From: Candidatus Iainarchaeum sp.
GTDB lineage: Archaea > Iainarchaeota > Iainarchaeia > Iainarchaeales > Iainarchaeaceae
Length of the DNA: 13,675 bases
Direction: 5' to 3'
Assembly: GCA_038895675.1 (NCBI GenBank)
Contig: JAWANB010000027.1
Location: forward strand, 1 to 13,675
This document shows, in pieces, positions 1 through 7,796 of the stretch; position 1 is the first letter of the stretch; each line of letters opens with the position of its first letter. The notes under the pieces were generated by a model. That model saw only the letters and a program-made list of their open reading frames with translations, had not been told where the DNA came from and made no database searches. Position numbers and translations under genes: made by a program.

Positions 1-885
1 GGTGTTTCTTCTTCTAAGATTGCGAAAGAGAATATTAGTTTAGTTGCTTCTTCTTTTCTTGTTAGTGTTGGTAAAAAAAAGGCGAGTGTGAACTTTGATA
101 CTTATATTTTGATTGATTTGGATTGTGCTCTTGTTTCTTGTGTGCCTTCTTCTGTTTTTGTTTTTGGCAGGTATAACAAGTTTTCTCGTTCTGTTGCTCA
201 GACTTTTCATTATTGTTTTAAGTGTAAAGGCAAGGGTTGTGGTTATTGTAATTGGTCTGGTAAGTTGTCCGAGTTTTCTGTTCAAGAGATTTTGGAGAAG
301 GTTTTTTTACCTTCTTTCAAAGCTTCTTCTTCTAAGTTTCATGGTTGTGGTAGAGAAGATGTTGATGTTAGAATGCTTGGAAAAGGCAGGCCTTTTATTT
401 TTGAGTTGAAAGAACCTTTGGTTAGGAATTTGAATTTGAGCGAGTTATTAGAAAAAGCTAATTCTGTTTTGCCTTCTGCAGTGTTTTTTTCTTCGTTTCG
501 TTATTCTTCAAAACAAGAATTAATTAAACTAAAAAATACTGACTTTGAAAAAATTTATTATTGTGTTTGTGTTGCTGATTCAAATTTTTCTGTTGAAAAA
601 TTAAATTCTATTGTTGGGAAATCTTTTATTGTTGTTCAACGTACTCCTTTAAGGGTTCTTGCTAGAAGAGTTGATGCTAATAGAACAAAGAATGTTTTGA
701 TTATGTCAGTTTCAATAATAGATTCTTTTACTTTTAGTTTGCAAATTAAGGCTTCGCATGGTTTGTATGTAAAAGAGTTTGTTTCTGGTGATGACAATAG
801 AACAAACCCTAGTATTTCTAGTATTTTAGGTGTTAATTGTGTTTGTAAGGAGCTTGATGTGTTGGAAATAGTTGGCTTTGATTAA
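1..885 (+). CDS. pus10: tRNA pseudouridine(54/55) synthase Pus10, 5'-truncated by the window edge
   Basis: Frame 1 is open from base 1 (GVSSSKIAKENISL...), so GTG 88 is not the true start. Pus10 motifs: GRYNKFSRSVAQT, CxxCxGxGCxxC, catalytic FHGCGREDVDVRMLGxGRPF, QRTPLRV, GLYVKEFVSGDxxRTxPS, CKELDV. Stop TAA at 883-885. Confidence 0.95.
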   Translation, partial: GVSSSKIAKENISLVASSFLVSVGKKKASVNFDTYILIDLDCALVSCVPSSVFVFGRYNKFSRSVAQTFHYCFKCKGKGCGYCNWSGKLSEFSVQEILEKVFLPSFKASSSKFHGCGREDVDVRMLGKGRPFIFELKEPLVRNLNLSELLEKANSVLPSAVFFSSFRYSSKQELIKLKNTDFEKIYYCVCVADSNFSVEKLNSIVGKSFIVVQRTPLRVLARRVDANRTKNVLIMSVSIIDSFTFSLQIKASHGLYVKEFVSGDDNRTNPSISSILGVNCVCKELDVLEIVGFD

Positions 886-1044
886 AGACTTTTTTTAAGT
901 GTTTAATTTTTTGTGACTTTTTTGTTTATTTTTGCCATTTTTGGTTTGTAGGTATTTTTTTGTCTCTTGTTTTTTTAGGCTTTAGTTTTTTTTGTTGTTG
1001 TACTTTTTTTATTTTGTTTTTTTTGTTATTAGTATTTTTGTGTT

Positions 1045-2892
1045 TTATTTTTTCTTTACGCTTAGTACTTTTTTCATTTTTGTTATTTTTTCTATTGTGT
1101 TTTCAATGTTTTTTATACTAGTTGTTTTCACTTCAAAAATTATTAGATCAGAGTTTTCGCTTGTTTTTTTTGCTGTTGTTGATTCTATGCTTAGTCCTTC
1201 TTCGTTCAAGGTGTTTAATAGTTCTTTTAGTATGCTTATTCCTTCTTTTGCTGTTATTTCTATTTTTGTTTTTAGTACTTTGTTTGTGTGCCATTCTACA
1301 ATTATTTTTTTTCCTTTCATTTTTTGTATTTCTTCGCAGTTTATTTTGTGAACTGAAATTTTTCTTTTTGTTGTTTTTATTCCTATTATTTCGTCTCCTG
1401 GCATTGGTTTGCAGCATTTTGCGAATCTTATTCTTTTGTCTTCTGTGTTTACCTTAAATGTTCTTTTTAGTTTGTTAGTGTTTTTGCTTTCAAAGTCTAG
1501 TCCTAAAATTGATTTTATTTTTTTTCTTGCTTTTTGTGTTTTTGCTATTGATAACCAACTTATTTTTGGTTTTTGTTTTTCTGATGTTAGTATTTCTACT
1601 ATGTCTCCGTTTTTTATTTGTGTTGAGAGTTGGCAGGCTTTTCCGTTTATTTTTGCTCCTATGCATTTGTTTCCTAAGTCTGTGTGTATTGCGTATGCAA
1701 AGTCTATTATTGTTGCTCCTTCTGGTAGTTCTATTACTTCGCCTTTTGGTGTTATTGCAAAGATTTGTCTTCCGAATATGTCTAATAGTGTTTTGTTTCC
1801 TGTTTCTTTTTCCCATTCTATTATTTGTTTTAACCATTCTGATTTTGCGTCTTGTTTTGTGCCTTTTATTCCTTTGTATTTCCAGTGTGCTGCTATTCCG
1901 TATTCTGCAAGTTCGTGCATTTCTTTTGTTCTAATTTGAACTTCTATTGGTATTGTGTTTTTGATCATAACTACTGTGTGTAATGATCTATAACCATTTT
2001 CTTTTGGTTTTGAAATGTAGTCGTCAAATTCTTCTGGTATTGGTTTTGCTAGTGTGTGTACTATGCCGAGTGTTTCGTAGCATTCTTTTTCATTATTGGT
2101 GATTATTCTTATTGCTATTATGTCGTAAATTTTGTCTAAACTAATGTTTTTTCTTTTCATTTTTTGGTTTGTGCTATACACTGATTTTATTCTTCCGTAA
2201 ATTTTTGCTTTTATGTTTGATTTTGTTAGTTCTTCTTCTAATAGTTTTTGGAATTCTGTTATTTCTGTTGTTGCTTTTTCTATTATTTGTTTTATTTTTT
2301 CTTCTATTTCATTGTATTTTTCGGGGTTTTGGTATTTGAAAACCAAGTCGTTTATTTCAGAACTTATTTGGTATAGACCTAATTTTGTGGCTAATGGAGC
2401 ATAAACTTCTTTTGCTTGTTTTATGAATTCGTTTCTTTCTTCTTCTTTTATTGAGTATACGTTTTTTGTTTTGTCTAATGATTCTGCTAATTGTATCATG
2501 AACACTTCTGGTGTTGTTGTCATTATTATGCTCAATTTTTTTATCATTGTTTCTGTGTTTTCGTTTTTAAAGTTAAGGGCTTTTTCTAGTCTTTGTTTTT
2601 CTTGGATCATTTCTAATATTTCTTTTCCTAATTCTTTTTCTATTTCTTTTTCTTCTAATTTCATTTCTGTTAAGTTGTGGCATAGGCCTGCTATGATTGT
2701 GTTTTTTTCTAAGCCTAATTTCATGAGTGTTTGTGCTACTGCTATGTTGTGTTTTAGGTATGTTTGGTAATCTTTGTTTGATTCTTTGCAGCCTTTTTCA
2801 ATTAGTTTTATTGCTTTTTCTATTTTTTGTTCTTCGTTAAATTTTTCTTTATAGTTTTCTAAAAGTTGTGTTATCAAGTAATTGTTTTCCAT
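1045..2892 (-). CDS. relA: Long RelA/SpoT homologue, probable (p)ppGpp synthetase with inactive HD domain (HD*-SYNTH-TGS-ZFD-ACT)
   Basis: YAPLATKLG; synthetase motifs GRIKSVYS..KM, IYDIIAIRI, EFDDYISKPKENGYRSLHT, EVQIRTKEMHELAEYGIAAHWKYK; TGS domain TPKGEVIELPEGATIIDFAYAIHTDLG; zinc finger CCKPMPGD...VHKINC; C-terminal ACT-like region. The HD site reads CHNLTEM. Confidence 0.93.
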   Translation of the reverse strand: MENNYLITQLLENYKEKFNEEQKIEKAIKLIEKGCKESNKDYQTYLKHNIAVAQTLMKLGLEKNTIIAGLCHNLTEMKLEEKEIEKELGKEILEMIQEKQRLEKALNFKNENTETMIKKLSIIMTTTPEVFMIQLAESLDKTKNVYSIKEEERNEFIKQAKEVYAPLATKLGLYQISSEINDLVFKYQNPEKYNEIEEKIKQIIEKATTEITEFQKLLEEELTKSNIKAKIYGRIKSVYSTNQKMKRKNISLDKIYDIIAIRIITNNEKECYETLGIVHTLAKPIPEEFDDYISKPKENGYRSLHTVVMIKNTIPIEVQIRTKEMHELAEYGIAAHWKYKGIKGTKQDAKSEWLKQIIEWEKETGNKTLLDIFGRQIFAITPKGEVIELPEGATIIDFAYAIHTDLGNKCIGAKINGKACQLSTQIKNGDIVEILTSEKQKPKISWLSIAKTQKARKKIKSILGLDFESKNTNKLKRTFKVNTEDKRIRFAKCCKPMPGDEIIGIKTTKRKISVHKINCEEIQKMKGKKIIVEWHTNKVLKTKIEITAKEGISILKELLNTLNEEGLSIESTTAKKTSENSDLIIFEVKTTSIKNIENTIEKITKMKKVLSVKKK

Positions 2893-2921
2893 AATTGTTT
2901 TTTGTTCAAATTATTTAATAT

Positions 2922-3599
2922 TTATATTAGTGCTGTTGTTAAAACTGAGATGAATATTATGTTGGTTAGGTCTGCTATTGACGTTGTTATTGGTATTAGG
3001 AAGTTGTTTGGGTCTTCTTTGTTTTTGAAAAAGTGTTTGCCTAATGTTATTGATATTATAAACATTGTGCTAACTAATATGATTATATCTACTATAATTA
3101 TTGCTGTGAACTTTGCTATTGTTATGGTGCTCAGGTTTTGGCCTTTTATTGTGTTTGCTCCTATGCTTATGAGTAGTCCTCCTATTAGTGCTATTATTAT
3201 TGCTTGTGCTAACATTTTTTTGATTTCGTGATTTTCTAACGGATTATTTTTTATTTTTCCTTCGTGTAGCATCGTGGATATTTTTGCTGAAAACATTGTC
3301 CCAAAGTCTCCTATCATGTCATTTATTGCTGGTATGACTATTATTAGCGGTGCTATTTTTTCTAAATTTTGTTTAAAGTATTCTAGTGTTATTCCACTGA
3401 AAGAGGCTATTATTGTTGATACTATTAGTATTTTTGTGCTTTCTTTGATTATTGTCATTGGGACGTTTGAGTGTGGGCCGTATTCTTTCATGTAAAATAT
3501 TGTTTTTTTTGATATTTTGTGTTGTTCGTGTATTTCATTGATTAATGGATGTAATTCGTGTTTTTTTATTTGTTGTAGTTTTTGTAGTTTGTCTATCAT
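2922..3599 (-). CDS. MgtE/SLC41-family divalent cation (Mg2+) transporter membrane subunit 2
   Basis: Hydrophobic helices with PAINDMIGDFGTMFSAKISTMLHxG and DPNNFLIPITTSIAD motifs. Start moved from 3626 to ATG 3599 because that ATG overlaps the upstream TGA in an ATGA arrangement (3599-3596). Confidence 0.85.
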   Translation of the reverse strand: MIDKLQKLQQIKKHELHPLINEIHEQHKISKKTIFYMKEYGPHSNVPMTIIKESTKILIVSTIIASFSGITLEYFKQNLEKIAPLIIVIPAINDMIGDFGTMFSAKISTMLHEGKIKNNPLENHEIKKMLAQAIIIALIGGLLISIGANTIKGQNLSTITIAKFTAIIIVDIIILVSTMFIISITLGKHFFKNKEDPNNFLIPITTSIADLTNIIFISVLTTALI

Positions 3600-4144
3600 A
3601 TTATCATCATTGCTATTAGTAGACATGCTATGCTTGTTATGTCTCCTGTGGTTGTTATGAATGGTCCTATTATGTTATTTGGATCGTGGCCCTTTTCAAA
3701 CAAGTAAAAAGTAACGGCTATTGCTAGTGGTATTTCTATAATGTTTGCCAAAAAGCTTGCTATTATTGCTATTGTTATTAGTTCTATGTGTAATTCGTTG
3801 GTGATTAATAGTGTTCCTATTGTTGCTATTGTTCCTAATACTAATGAGCTTATTATTGCTAATACGAATGTTGCTATGATGTTTCCTATCATTATTTTTT
3901 TGTTGGGTTTTTTTGGGTTTATTATTTTTAGGAACATTCCTGATGTTAGTCTTGATGCGAATGTTCCGCTGATGCTTCCTCTTATTTCTAATAGGCCTGG
4001 GACTAAAATTAGCATTCCTGGTATTAGGAATATTTTGTCTATTTGGGTTGCAAGGATTGTTCCTGCTATGATGCCGCCGCCGACTGAAATTGCTTGGGAG
4101 GCCATTATTTCTATTAAGTTGTTGTCTATTATTTTTAGTTTCAT
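3596..4144 (-). CDS. MgtE/SLC41-family divalent cation (Mg2+) transporter membrane subunit 1
   Basis: About 5 TM helices; motifs PGLLEIRGSISGTFASRL and GHDPNNIIGPFITTTGD; no CBS or N-terminal cytosolic domains. Confidence 0.87.
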   Translation of the reverse strand: MKLKIIDNNLIEIMASQAISVGGGIIAGTILATQIDKIFLIPGMLILVPGLLEIRGSISGTFASRLTSGMFLKIINPKKPNKKIMIGNIIATFVLAIISSLVLGTIATIGTLLITNELHIELITIAIIASFLANIIEIPLAIAVTFYLFEKGHDPNNIIGPFITTTGDITSIACLLIAMMII

Positions 4145-4165
4145 GTTTTGATAATGTAATTTTTG

Positions 4166-4173
4166 TTTTAAAA
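4166..4173 (-). promoter_or_regulatory. Candidate TATA box for a leaderless mgtE-like/RSH transcript
   Basis: TTTTAAAA lies 22-29 nt upstream of ATG 4144, and there is no SD motif before this ATG. Confidence 0.4.
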
Positions 4174-4225
4174 TGTTCGTGCTGTCTTTTTTTTTGGTCG
4201 TATAATGTTTTTTATTATTTTTTGT

Positions 4226-4230
4226 GGTGA
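4226..4230 (+). promoter_or_regulatory. Shine-Dalgarno motif for tpiA
   Basis: GGTGA ends 8 nt before ATG 4239. Confidence 0.6.
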
Positions 4231-4238
4231 TTTTAAAA

Positions 4239-4931
4239 ATGCAGTATTTTTTGTTCGTGAATTTTAAGACTTATGAGGAAGGTTCTGGGAAAAAGGCTTT
4301 GTCTCTTGCTAAGCTTTTGGCTGGTTTTAATAGTGGCGAAGTTGATATTATTCCTGTTGTGCAGGTCGTTGACTTAAGGCAAATAGTTTATGATACTCCT
4401 TTGAAGATTTTCGTTCAGCATGTTGATCCTATTAGTTATGGTGCTAATACTGGCATGATCTTGCCTGAAGCTGTTAGGGATGCTGGTGCTTTTGGTTGTG
4501 TGGTTAATCATGCTGAAAATAAGCGAGATAATATTTTTGTTGAGGCTGTTGTAAGGCGTTGTCATGAAGTAAACTTGAAAGTACTTGTTTGTGCTGAATC
4601 TTTGGAGAGGGCTAAGCAAATTGCTTTTTTTTCTCCAGATTTTATTGCTGTCGAGCCGCCTGAGTTGATTGGCGGTAATGTTAGTGTAAGTACTGCAAAG
4701 CCAGAGTTGATTTCTGATGCTGTCAAGGCAATTAATGGTATTGACTCAAAAATAAAAGTTCTCGTGGGTGCTGGTATAAAGACTAACAAAGACGTTTCAA
4801 AAGCTATTGAATTGGGTTCTTGTGGTGTTTTCGTTTCTTCTGGTATTGTTTGTGCTAAGGATAAAGAGTATGCTTTGAGGTCTTTGTTGAGTGGTTTTCC
4901 TTCTAAAAATAGTTCAGAATTATTGCCTTGA
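4239..4931 (+). CDS. tpiA: Triosephosphate isomerase, short archaeal type
   Basis: NFKTY (catalytic Lys), QHVDP, NHAEN (catalytic His), AVEPPELIG (catalytic Glu), VLVGAGI, GVFVSSGIV; about 230 aa. ATG 4239 is preferred over GTG 4224 because of the SD motif. Confidence 0.96.
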   Translation: MQYFLFVNFKTYEEGSGKKALSLAKLLAGFNSGEVDIIPVVQVVDLRQIVYDTPLKIFVQHVDPISYGANTGMILPEAVRDAGAFGCVVNHAENKRDNIFVEAVVRRCHEVNLKVLVCAESLERAKQIAFFSPDFIAVEPPELIGGNVSVSTAKPELISDAVKAINGIDSKIKVLVGAGIKTNKDVSKAIELGSCGVFVSSGIVCAKDKEYALRSLLSGFPSKNSSELLP

Positions 4932-5030
4932 TTTTTTTTGTCGGTTTTAGTTTTTTGTTTCTTTTAATAATTTTTCTTTTTTTGGCTTTGTAAAAACCAA
5001 TTTTTTTTTAGTCATTATTTGGCTTTTTTT

Positions 5031-5435
5031 TTAGATTTTTATTCCTTTTATTTCTACTTTTTTCTTGTTTTTCATGTATTCTTTTATTCCTTCTTTTATG
5101 ATTGTTAGGCTTAGTAATGCGCATTTTTGTCTTGTTTGTATTATGTTTCCGAGTTCTTTGAATAGTGTTTCTGGTTTGATTTCTAAGGTTTCTTTTAGTG
5201 TTTTGTTTTTTATTAGTTCTGTTAAAATTGACATTGAGGCTATGCTTATTGCACAGCCTCTTGCTAAAAACTTTGCTTCTTTTATTTTGTCATCTTCTAT
5301 TTTCAAATATACTTTTCCTTGGTCTCCGCAAACAGGGTTTCCTCCTTCTGCTATTATGTCTGCTTCTTCTATTTTGCCTTTGTTAATTGGGTTTTTGTAC
5401 AATTCTATTATTATTTCTGATATAGTTTCGTTCAT
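5031..5435 (-). CDS. sufU: U-type Fe-S assembly / sulfur-transfer protein (SufU/IscU family)
   Basis: ELYKNPINKG, NPVCGD, GCAISIAS, RQKCALL (3 Cys plus Asp). The ATG directly follows the sufS stop, and a GGTGA SD lies in the last codons of sufS. Confidence 0.9.
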   Translation of the reverse strand: MNETISEIIIELYKNPINKGKIEEADIIAEGGNPVCGDQGKVYLKIEDDKIKEAKFLARGCAISIASMSILTELIKNKTLKETLEIKPETLFKELGNIIQTRQKCALLSLTIIKEGIKEYMKNKKKVEIKGIKI

Positions 5436-6653
5436 TCAGTCACCAAAAATTTTTTTTGTTTCTTCTATTCCTTCTATTAACAAGTCTATTTCTTGTTTTG
5501 TATTATAAATATAAAATGATGCTCTTGCTATTGATTCTGTTTTTAGTTCTTTGAGTAAAGGTTGTGCGCAGTGGTTTCCTGACCTTATTATTATTCCTTT
5601 GTTGTCGAGTATTGTTGCTAAGTCGTGCGAGTGTATTCCTTTCAAATTAAACGCCATTATGCTTGTTTTTGGTCCTTTTGGCGTGTATGTTTTTACTTTT
5701 TCTATGTTGCTGATTTTTTTTAGTGCGTATTCTAATAGTTTTTGGCAGTGTTCTTCTATGTTCTCTATTTTTATTTTTTGAATATAGTCTATTGCTGCTG
5801 ATAATCCTGCCGCTCCTGCTACGTTTGGTGTTCCTGCTTCGAATTTCCACGGTAGTTTGTTCCATGTTGAATTTTTTAGGGTCACTTTCGTTATCATGTC
5901 GCCTCCTGTGAGAAATGGTGGCATTTTTTCTAAAATTTCTTTTTTGCCATATAGTATTCCTAAGCCCATTGGTCCTAACATTTTGTGTGCTGAGAATGCT
6001 AAAAAGTCGCATCCTATTTCTTTCACGTTTATTTTTTTGTGCGGTATTGCTTGTGCCGCATCAATTATTGTTATTTTTTCTTCTTTTTCTTTTGCTATTT
6101 TTGTCATTTCTTTTACTGGATTTATTGTGCCTAATATGTTTGAAGCCATCGTAAATGCTATTATTTTTGTTTTTTTGTTTATTTTGTTTTGAAAGTCTTC
6201 AAGGTCTATTGTTAGGTTTTTTGTAATGTTTGCATAAACTAGTTTTGCTTTTTTTCTTTTGCTTAGTTGTTGCCATGGCACTAAATTTGCATGGTGTTCC
6301 ATTTTTGTGAGTAGTATTTCGTCTCCTTTTTTTATTTCTTTTTCTAAAGTGTATGAAAGTAGGTTCAATGCTTCTGTCGTGTTTTTTGTAAATATTATTT
6401 CTTCCGTGTCTTTTGTTCCAATAAAGTTTGCTGTTTTTTCGTGTGCTTTTTCGTATATTTCTGTTGCTTCTTGTGATAGCGTATTTATTCCTCTGTGTAT
6501 GTTTGCGTTGTGTTTAGTGTAAAACTCTGTTTCTGCTTTTATTACTTGTATTGGTTTTTGTGTTGTTGCTGCATTGTCTAAGTAAGTTATTTTTTTTCCG
6601 TTAATTTTTCTTTTGAGTATTGGAAAATCTTGCTTTATTTTACGTATGTTCAT
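5436..6653 (-). CDS. sufS: Cysteine desulfurase, group II (SufS)
   Basis: YLDNAATTQKP, ANIHRG, MEHHANLVPWQ, DAAQ, PLP lysine motif FSAHKMLGP, FEAGTPN, catalytic RSGNHCAQPL, RASFYIYN. Confidence 0.96.
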   Translation of the reverse strand: MNIRKIKQDFPILKRKINGKKITYLDNAATTQKPIQVIKAETEFYTKHNANIHRGINTLSQEATEIYEKAHEKTANFIGTKDTEEIIFTKNTTEALNLLSYTLEKEIKKGDEILLTKMEHHANLVPWQQLSKRKKAKLVYANITKNLTIDLEDFQNKINKKTKIIAFTMASNILGTINPVKEMTKIAKEKEEKITIIDAAQAIPHKKINVKEIGCDFLAFSAHKMLGPMGLGILYGKKEILEKMPPFLTGGDMITKVTLKNSTWNKLPWKFEAGTPNVAGAAGLSAAIDYIQKIKIENIEEHCQKLLEYALKKISNIEKVKTYTPKGPKTSIMAFNLKGIHSHDLATILDNKGIIIRSGNHCAQPLLKELKTESIARASFYIYNTKQEIDLLIEGIEETKKIFGD

Positions 6654-6658
6654 TTTTT

Positions 6659-7792
6659 TTACACTCGTTTTTCTATTTCTTCTACTATTTCTTTTTTTGT
6701 GTTTTCAGGTAAAATTGTTGTGTTGCTTTCTAAGAAGCTTTTTATTATCATTTTTTTTGCTTGCTCTGTTTCTAAGCCTCTTGTTTGTAAGTAGAATATT
6801 TCGTCTTCTTGTATGTGTGCTATTGTTGCTGAGTGTGTTGCTTTTACATCATCGTTGCTTATTTCTAAGCTTGGTATTTGGTTTATTGAGGCTTGGTTTC
6901 CTATTATCATTCCGTGGCATTCTAATAGTGCATTTGTTTTTTTTCCTGTTTCGGTTATTTTTATCATTCCGTCAAAAACGTTTTTGCTTTGGTCTTTTGC
7001 AACTGATTTGAATATGAAGTGGCTTTTCGTGTTTTCTCCTTTGTGTAATGCTATATAGTTTATGTCATGCTTGTTTTGTTTTTCTCCTATTAGTGAGCTG
7101 TAATATTGTGTTTCGGCTCCTTCTTGTTCTAACACTATTGTTGTGTTTGTTCTAAAAAGTTCTCCGTTGAATATTAATTCTGAGTTTGTTAGTTTTGTGT
7201 CTTTTTCTAGTATGAATTGTTTTGTTAGTATTGCTTCTTTTTTTGCTTCTATTTTTTGTGCATGGTTTATTTTAGAATTTTCTTCGCATATGAGTGTTTG
7301 TGCTAGTATTGAATTTTCTTCAAGTTCGTATTCTGTTATAATGGTCGTTTCTGAGTTTTTTGGTATTATTATTATTACTTTGTTGCACGTGTTGTTTTTT
7401 GTTTTTATTTTTATTTTTATTTGTTCTTTTGTTTCTTTTAGTTTTATTATTGTTGCTTTTTCTATTGCCGTGTTTGCTTTTGCTTCGTATTGGTCTTTTG
7501 GTGTACTTTCAGCGTTTAGTGTTTTTTTTATGAGTGTTTTTGTTGGGTTGTTTTTTAGTTCTTCTATGCTATTTATTTCTATTATTTCTGCTTTTTCTTT
7601 TTGGTTTATGTTTATTTCTGCTTTTCCTGTTTTTGTTGTTTTTATTATTTCGTTTAGTTTTGTTATATTCGTGTATTTACTTTTTTTTAGCGGTGTCTCT
7701 TTTATTATTTCTTTGTTTTTTTCTAAGTATTTTTTTATGTAATCTTCGTTTTGTTCTTGTATTTGTTGTTCTATTAATTTAGTGTTTTTCAT
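6659..7792 (-). CDS. sufD: Fe-S cluster assembly protein SufD (divergent N-terminus)
   Basis: C-terminal SufBD motifs VFDGMIKI, PSLEISNDDVKATHSAT, EIFYLQTRGL, MIIKSFL; lies between sufB and sufS. Confidence 0.88.
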   Translation of the reverse strand: MKNTKLIEQQIQEQNEDYIKKYLEKNKEIIKETPLKKSKYTNITKLNEIIKTTKTGKAEININQKEKAEIIEINSIEELKNNPTKTLIKKTLNAESTPKDQYEAKANTAIEKATIIKLKETKEQIKIKIKTKNNTCNKVIIIIPKNSETTIITEYELEENSILAQTLICEENSKINHAQKIEAKKEAILTKQFILEKDTKLTNSELIFNGELFRTNTTIVLEQEGAETQYYSSLIGEKQNKHDINYIALHKGENTKSHFIFKSVAKDQSKNVFDGMIKITETGKKTNALLECHGMIIGNQASINQIPSLEISNDDVKATHSATIAHIQEDEIFYLQTRGLETEQAKKMIIKSFLESNTTILPENTKKEIVEEIEKRV

Positions 7793-7796
7793 TTTT

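Noticed and set aside
88..90. GTG start for pus10 given by the ORF track
   Set aside because: The frame is open from base 1, so the gene begins upstream of the window.
214..264. DnaJ-like CxxCxGxGCxxC zinc motif as a novel insertion
   Set aside because: It is a usual feature of archaeal Pus10 proteins.
886..1044. Small ORF (minus-strand MAKINKKVTKN*), ncRNA or repeat array in the 159-bp spacer
   Set aside because: Low-complexity T-rich DNA with no SD, no stable stem and no regular repeat unit.
3600..3626. 31-bp overlap between the two MgtE-like genes using ATG 3626
   Set aside because: ATG 3599 gives a standard ATGA stop/start coupling and is more plausible.
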